A stretch of 64,000 nt of DNA from Sulfolobales archaeon. Lineage in GTDB: Archaea; Thermoproteota; Thermoprotei_A; Sulfolobales; AG1. The notes under the pieces were generated by a model. That model searched no databases and was not told the DNA's origin. It worked only from the letters and a program-made list of their open reading frames with translations. The stretch covers positions 352,001-416,000 of the forward strand of contig JAWBYA010000002.1 in the NCBI GenBank assembly GCA_038867615.1, written 5' to 3'. Positions 60,610-64,000 of the stretch are shown here, piece by piece. A program made the position numbers and the translations under genes. Position 1 is the first letter of the stretch. Every line of letters begins with the position of its first letter.

Positions 60610-60990
60610 GTGGTTGTGTTAATGAGGCTAGACGAGTTTAAACAGGTCATAGCTGTGAGAACAGATCTCAAGATGAGCCCTGGAAAGCTAGCCGTCCAGG
60701 TTGCCCATGCCTCTGTAGACGCTGCTCTGAGATCTTTAAGGAATGAGAGATGGAGGAGATGGCTTGATGAATGGATATCCCAGGGTATGAAGAAGATTGT
60801 CGTTAAGGGCGGTGGTGAGGAGGATCTGCTGAGGATCTATGAAGAGTGTGTTAGGAGAGATCTACCATGCTCTATTGTGAGGGATGCTGGGAGAACAGAA
60901 CTTGAACCAGGAACCCTTACTGCGGTTTGTGTAGGGCCTGCCCCCTCAAACATAGTGGACGAGATCACTGGAAAGTTGCAATTATACTAG
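60610..60990 (+). CDS. pth2: Peptidyl-tRNA hydrolase 2
   Basis: KQVIAVRTDLKMSPGK.A.Q.AHA, KKIVVK and DAGRTE..PGT.T motifs. Confidence 0.97.
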   Translation: MVVLMRLDEFKQVIAVRTDLKMSPGKLAVQVAHASVDAALRSLRNERWRRWLDEWISQGMKKIVVKGGGEEDLLRIYEECVRRDLPCSIVRDAGRTELEPGTLTAVCVGPAPSNIVDEITGKLQLY

Positions 60991-61003
60991 ACTGGGGATA
61001 TCT

Positions 61004-62215
61004 GTGGGGGCTAAATGTACTGAGACAAGATCTCGTTTAGATACTATTCTGGGTATGGAGTGCTATCTCACAGCTTCCGAGTCGATAAGGCCTAAAGGGG
61101 TTCTTAACCATGATAACTTCTATGTATACGAATATATCGGTGGCATAGGCGTTTTAAAACCACCCATAGCTTTTCACGGAACCCGCGGAGAACTATATGC
61201 TTATCTTCTGATCAAAAGAGGGGTTGATACCTATAGAGCTATAAATAGGGTCAAAAAGATCTTGAAACCTAAGAGAATCTCATACCACGGACTTAAAGAC
61301 TCTAGATCTACATCATACCAATTAATAATTGTCGAGAAACCCGAGAATACCGAGACCTATGTGTTTGATAGAAATATCGAGGCCGTAATGCTAGGGATTT
61401 CTGGTAAGCATGCAAGGAGGGGAGGCAATATTGGAAACTGCTTCAAAATCCCCCTAGAACCCCTTATTAATTATAACGATACGCGAAAGATCTCTGAAGT
61501 TCTGGACGAAATTGAGAAGACAGGATTTATACCTAACTATTACTCATACCAGAGGTTCGGGGTTAAGAGACCTATAACCCATGTCGCTGGTATGGGGATT
61601 CTGTGCGGCTCTTATGAGAATGCTTTGAGGGCTATAGTTACTGGAGACCCCTATGCAGACCCCAGCGTAGATCTTGTAGAGATGTGTGGCGAGATAATTA
61701 CAAAGGGGGCGGGGTGGATGAACATAGAGAGAATTGTGTGTAGGAAGTATATAGAGACCAGAGATCCTGGAAAAGCTGTTAAGAGTCTCCCGAAGAGCTA
61801 TCAAGAGCTCTACATATCAGCCCTGCTATCATACATCTTCAACCTATACCTAAGCCTCAGGTGGAGAGATTATGGATTAGGTTTAGAGCCTGTTGGAGGG
61901 GAAGTTCTTCTGAGATCTCATATATATGGTTCAAAGATCCCGGGCGTTAGGATCTCTATAAGCACGGGCGGAGAGCCCAGCTATATTGTTATAGAGGCTC
62001 TGGATAGATACGGGATAAAAAGCTGTAAACCGAGAACCAATAGATCCATATCAAGACCACTAGTACTCCCGATAGGCTTTAGAAGCAGAGCCGAGATCCT
62101 GGAATTCTGCCTAGATAGCGGCGGCTATGCCACTAACCTTTTAAGGGAGGTTTTTAAGGAACACACACCTACTCTACTCTCCCCTGATCTGAACCTCGGA
62201 TCCTGCTATCATTGA
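61004..62215 (+). CDS. truD: tRNA pseudouridine(13) synthase TruD/Pus7
   Basis: K.GVDT, GLKD, GNCF, PNYY..QRFG and GGYAT.LLRE motifs. Confidence 0.9.
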   Translation: MGAKCTETRSRLDTILGMECYLTASESIRPKGVLNHDNFYVYEYIGGIGVLKPPIAFHGTRGELYAYLLIKRGVDTYRAINRVKKILKPKRISYHGLKDSRSTSYQLIIVEKPENTETYVFDRNIEAVMLGISGKHARRGGNIGNCFKIPLEPLINYNDTRKISEVLDEIEKTGFIPNYYSYQRFGVKRPITHVAGMGILCGSYENALRAIVTGDPYADPSVDLVEMCGEIITKGAGWMNIERIVCRKYIETRDPGKAVKSLPKSYQELYISALLSYIFNLYLSLRWRDYGLGLEPVGGEVLLRSHIYGSKIPGVRISISTGGEPSYIVIEALDRYGIKSCKPRTNRSISRPLVLPIGFRSRAEILEFCLDSGGYATNLLREVFKEHTPTLLSPDLNLGSCYH

Positions 62216-62689
62216 GAGTATCTTTTCAGCAGCATCGAGGGGAAGAGAGAGGTACTTGAGATCCCTCTTGGGGATCCTGAGAATATGGAAGCTAGTCCCG
62301 TCTGGTAGCCATACGATATTTATGCCAAGGATCCTTGCTGGGAATAGGAGTTGTGACGCAATGCTCTTAAGATCCCTGGAGGATCCGTTGATAACCCTCA
62401 CTTTAGCGTTAAGGCTCTCGCTAAGGTATCTCGAGATCCTCTGATATATATCGTAGGGAACCTCACCCATCCTCTGTATAAGAATAACTATAGAGTCCCT
62501 GAACCTATATGCTTTTACATAGCTCAGATTCTGCATATATTTCTTTAGATCCTGGTTCTCCTCAAGATCTATCAAGTTCCTCATAACCTCTATCTCAAAC
62601 TCCTCAACCGCACCCGAGGAGACTAAACGCTCGCACCTGGGACAAAGAATCCCTGTCTTCACACACACATGATCCAGGGGGAGCCTCAA
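62174..62689 (-). CDS. Archaeal NusA-like KH protein (Zn-finger paralog)
   Basis: PLDHVCVKTGILCPRC and LLFPARILGIN.VWLPDG; start refined to TTG 62689. Confidence 0.82.
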   Translation of the reverse strand: MRLPLDHVCVKTGILCPRCERLVSSGAVEEFEIEVMRNLIDLEENQDLKKYMQNLSYVKAYRFRDSIVILIQRMGEVPYDIYQRISRYLSESLNAKVRVINGSSRDLKSIASQLLFPARILGINIVWLPDGTSFHILRIPKRDLKYLSLPLDAAEKILSMIAGSEVQIRGE

Positions 62690-62974
62690 TAGCAACACCA
62701 CTACTACTAGGAGCACTAATTCATAGATACTTTGAACGCTTTTAAACGAAGCATGCTCTAGGACTCCCGCCTTAAATTATTAGTTTACAGAGAAAACATG
62801 CCAGACATATATATCCAGCCCAGAGCTTGTACGCGATATAACTTTCACCATCCCAGGTTATCGATTTTTTATGTTCTTCTATATCGATACCCCTTAATCT
62901 GGTTCAGAGGGATCCCAAAGATCCATATGGATCTATAGTATCGCTAGAGTAAACCACAAGATCTTATTGATGCA

Positions 62975-63877
62975 TCAGAGACTCTCTGATCCAGGGCCTG
63001 TATCTTTTCTCCTCAGTCTATATAGCTTTCCCTTTCCAGGCCCCTCGAATTCCTCAACCACGCCTTCCTCCACCAATTTCCGCAGTTTTTTCCAGGTGTG
63101 TTGTTTTGGTATATTGAGAGTCTTAGAGATCATAGAAAGCGACATGCCCCTTGGGTTCTTTGATAGCAGCTGCACTATCTCTTCCTCTATATCTCTTCCT
63201 CTGAACCTAGATCTGGCTATTGATAAGAGCCTTACAGATATGCCACCTATCAGCACTCCGACCGCTAGGAGGGCTACTTGATAGACCAGATCGTTATATG
63301 TATTACTGCTACCCACTTCCTCCTTCTGGATCGCTTGTGTAGGTATGATCCTGCCGATTATATATATAGTGCTCGTCGTGTTAAACTCGAAAACATAGCC
63401 CTCACCATTAGATGTAGAGATTCTTATGGGGTTTGGCGCTGTCGATATGTTTGCAACATAATGTGGAAACCAGATCTTCTTTACAGTAGCCGCACTGCCA
63501 TTAATCAGCGGGGGTGGTATAACGGCTTCTAGAGAATTGTTATAGATAGATATAGTTGATATCGCTATGCACGTCACGACACTGGAAGCCCCACTAATCC
63601 TAGCTATATAAGTTGATGCCGAGACCTGCTGAACCCTGGCATCCCCATTGGAAGAGCATATAGCTATAGAGTCCGGGATCCTTATCTCGAGCTCTACAAG
63701 AGCCCCACTCCGGTTTATATCTATATAGTATTTTATAAGAGGCACCTCGAACCTCACATCAACCTCTACACCACCCACTCTCTGGGCGTATAGCAATCCT
63801 GCGAATCCTGTCAACATAACCTGTAGCATGAACAATGAGAATATAGAGAGAAATATATAGAACGTTCTTAGCCTCAA
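62975..63877 (-). CDS. Membrane-anchored protein with extracellular domain, TM and C-terminal winged HTH
   Basis: Signal peptide, beta-rich domain and TM, then LSMISKTLNIPKQHTWKKLRKLVEEGVV (wHTH). Confidence 0.8.
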   Translation of the reverse strand: MRLRTFYIFLSIFSLFMLQVMLTGFAGLLYAQRVGGVEVDVRFEVPLIKYYIDINRSGALVELEIRIPDSIAICSSNGDARVQQVSASTYIARISGASSVVTCIAISTISIYNNSLEAVIPPPLINGSAATVKKIWFPHYVANISTAPNPIRISTSNGEGYVFEFNTTSTIYIIGRIIPTQAIQKEEVGSSNTYNDLVYQVALLAVGVLIGGISVRLLSIARSRFRGRDIEEEIVQLLSKNPRGMSLSMISKTLNIPKQHTWKKLRKLVEEGVVEEFEGPGKGKLYRLRRKDTGPGSESL

Positions 63878-63999
63878 GACCTTTTCTCACCGAGTGCCGC
63901 AACTCCTAGGAGGAGGTATGCTGTGTATCTAGCTATACCCGGTATAGTGTCTACCGTTATATACTCATTTGGTGCATGGGCCCTTCCACCATGCCCGGG
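63874..63999 (-). CDS. M20/M25/M40 metallopeptidase C-terminus (truncated by window edge)
   Basis: Minus frame reads PGHGGRAHAPNEYITVD...EKRS*; the stop overlaps the next gene's TTG (TTGA). Confidence 0.75.
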   Translation of the reverse strand, partial: PGHGGRAHAPNEYITVDTIPGIARYTAYLLLGVAALGEKRS

Positions 64000-64000
64000 A

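Overview
This 64 kb window is archaeal chromosome, most likely a hyperthermophilic crenarchaeote (Thermoproteota, Desulfurococcales-like). The assignment rests on a CdvB/ESCRT-III paralog, a ThermoDBP-related DUF2258 protein, crenarchaeal-type TopA and IleRS, GGTG-type SD motifs and frequent TTG/GTG starts. It is mostly housekeeping: ppa, topA, nre, rps15, rps28e, rpl24e, ndk, ileS, pth2, truD, pcc1, a NusA-like factor and tRNA-Arg(TCG). Accessory modules are an AT-rich type II R-M pair, a decayed class V aminotransferase, CBS-treT, and fixAB with a fused fixCX. Two larger modules stand out. One pairs a membrane trypsin protease and a Thr-rich repeat protein, both with cytoplasmic Zn-ribbons, with an HTH-STAND-TPR regulator. 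The other is a bacterial-type Rieske oxygenase heading a BMP nucleoside ABC transporter operon. Intergenic DNA contains two box C/D sRNAs, one apparently guiding tRNA-Leu(CAA) C34 methylation. It also holds 3-4 dispersed copies of a ~130 bp hairpin-forming element that resembles the 3' end (omega-RNA region) of IS200/IS605 tnpB. All calls come from motif recognition by eye; no searches were run.
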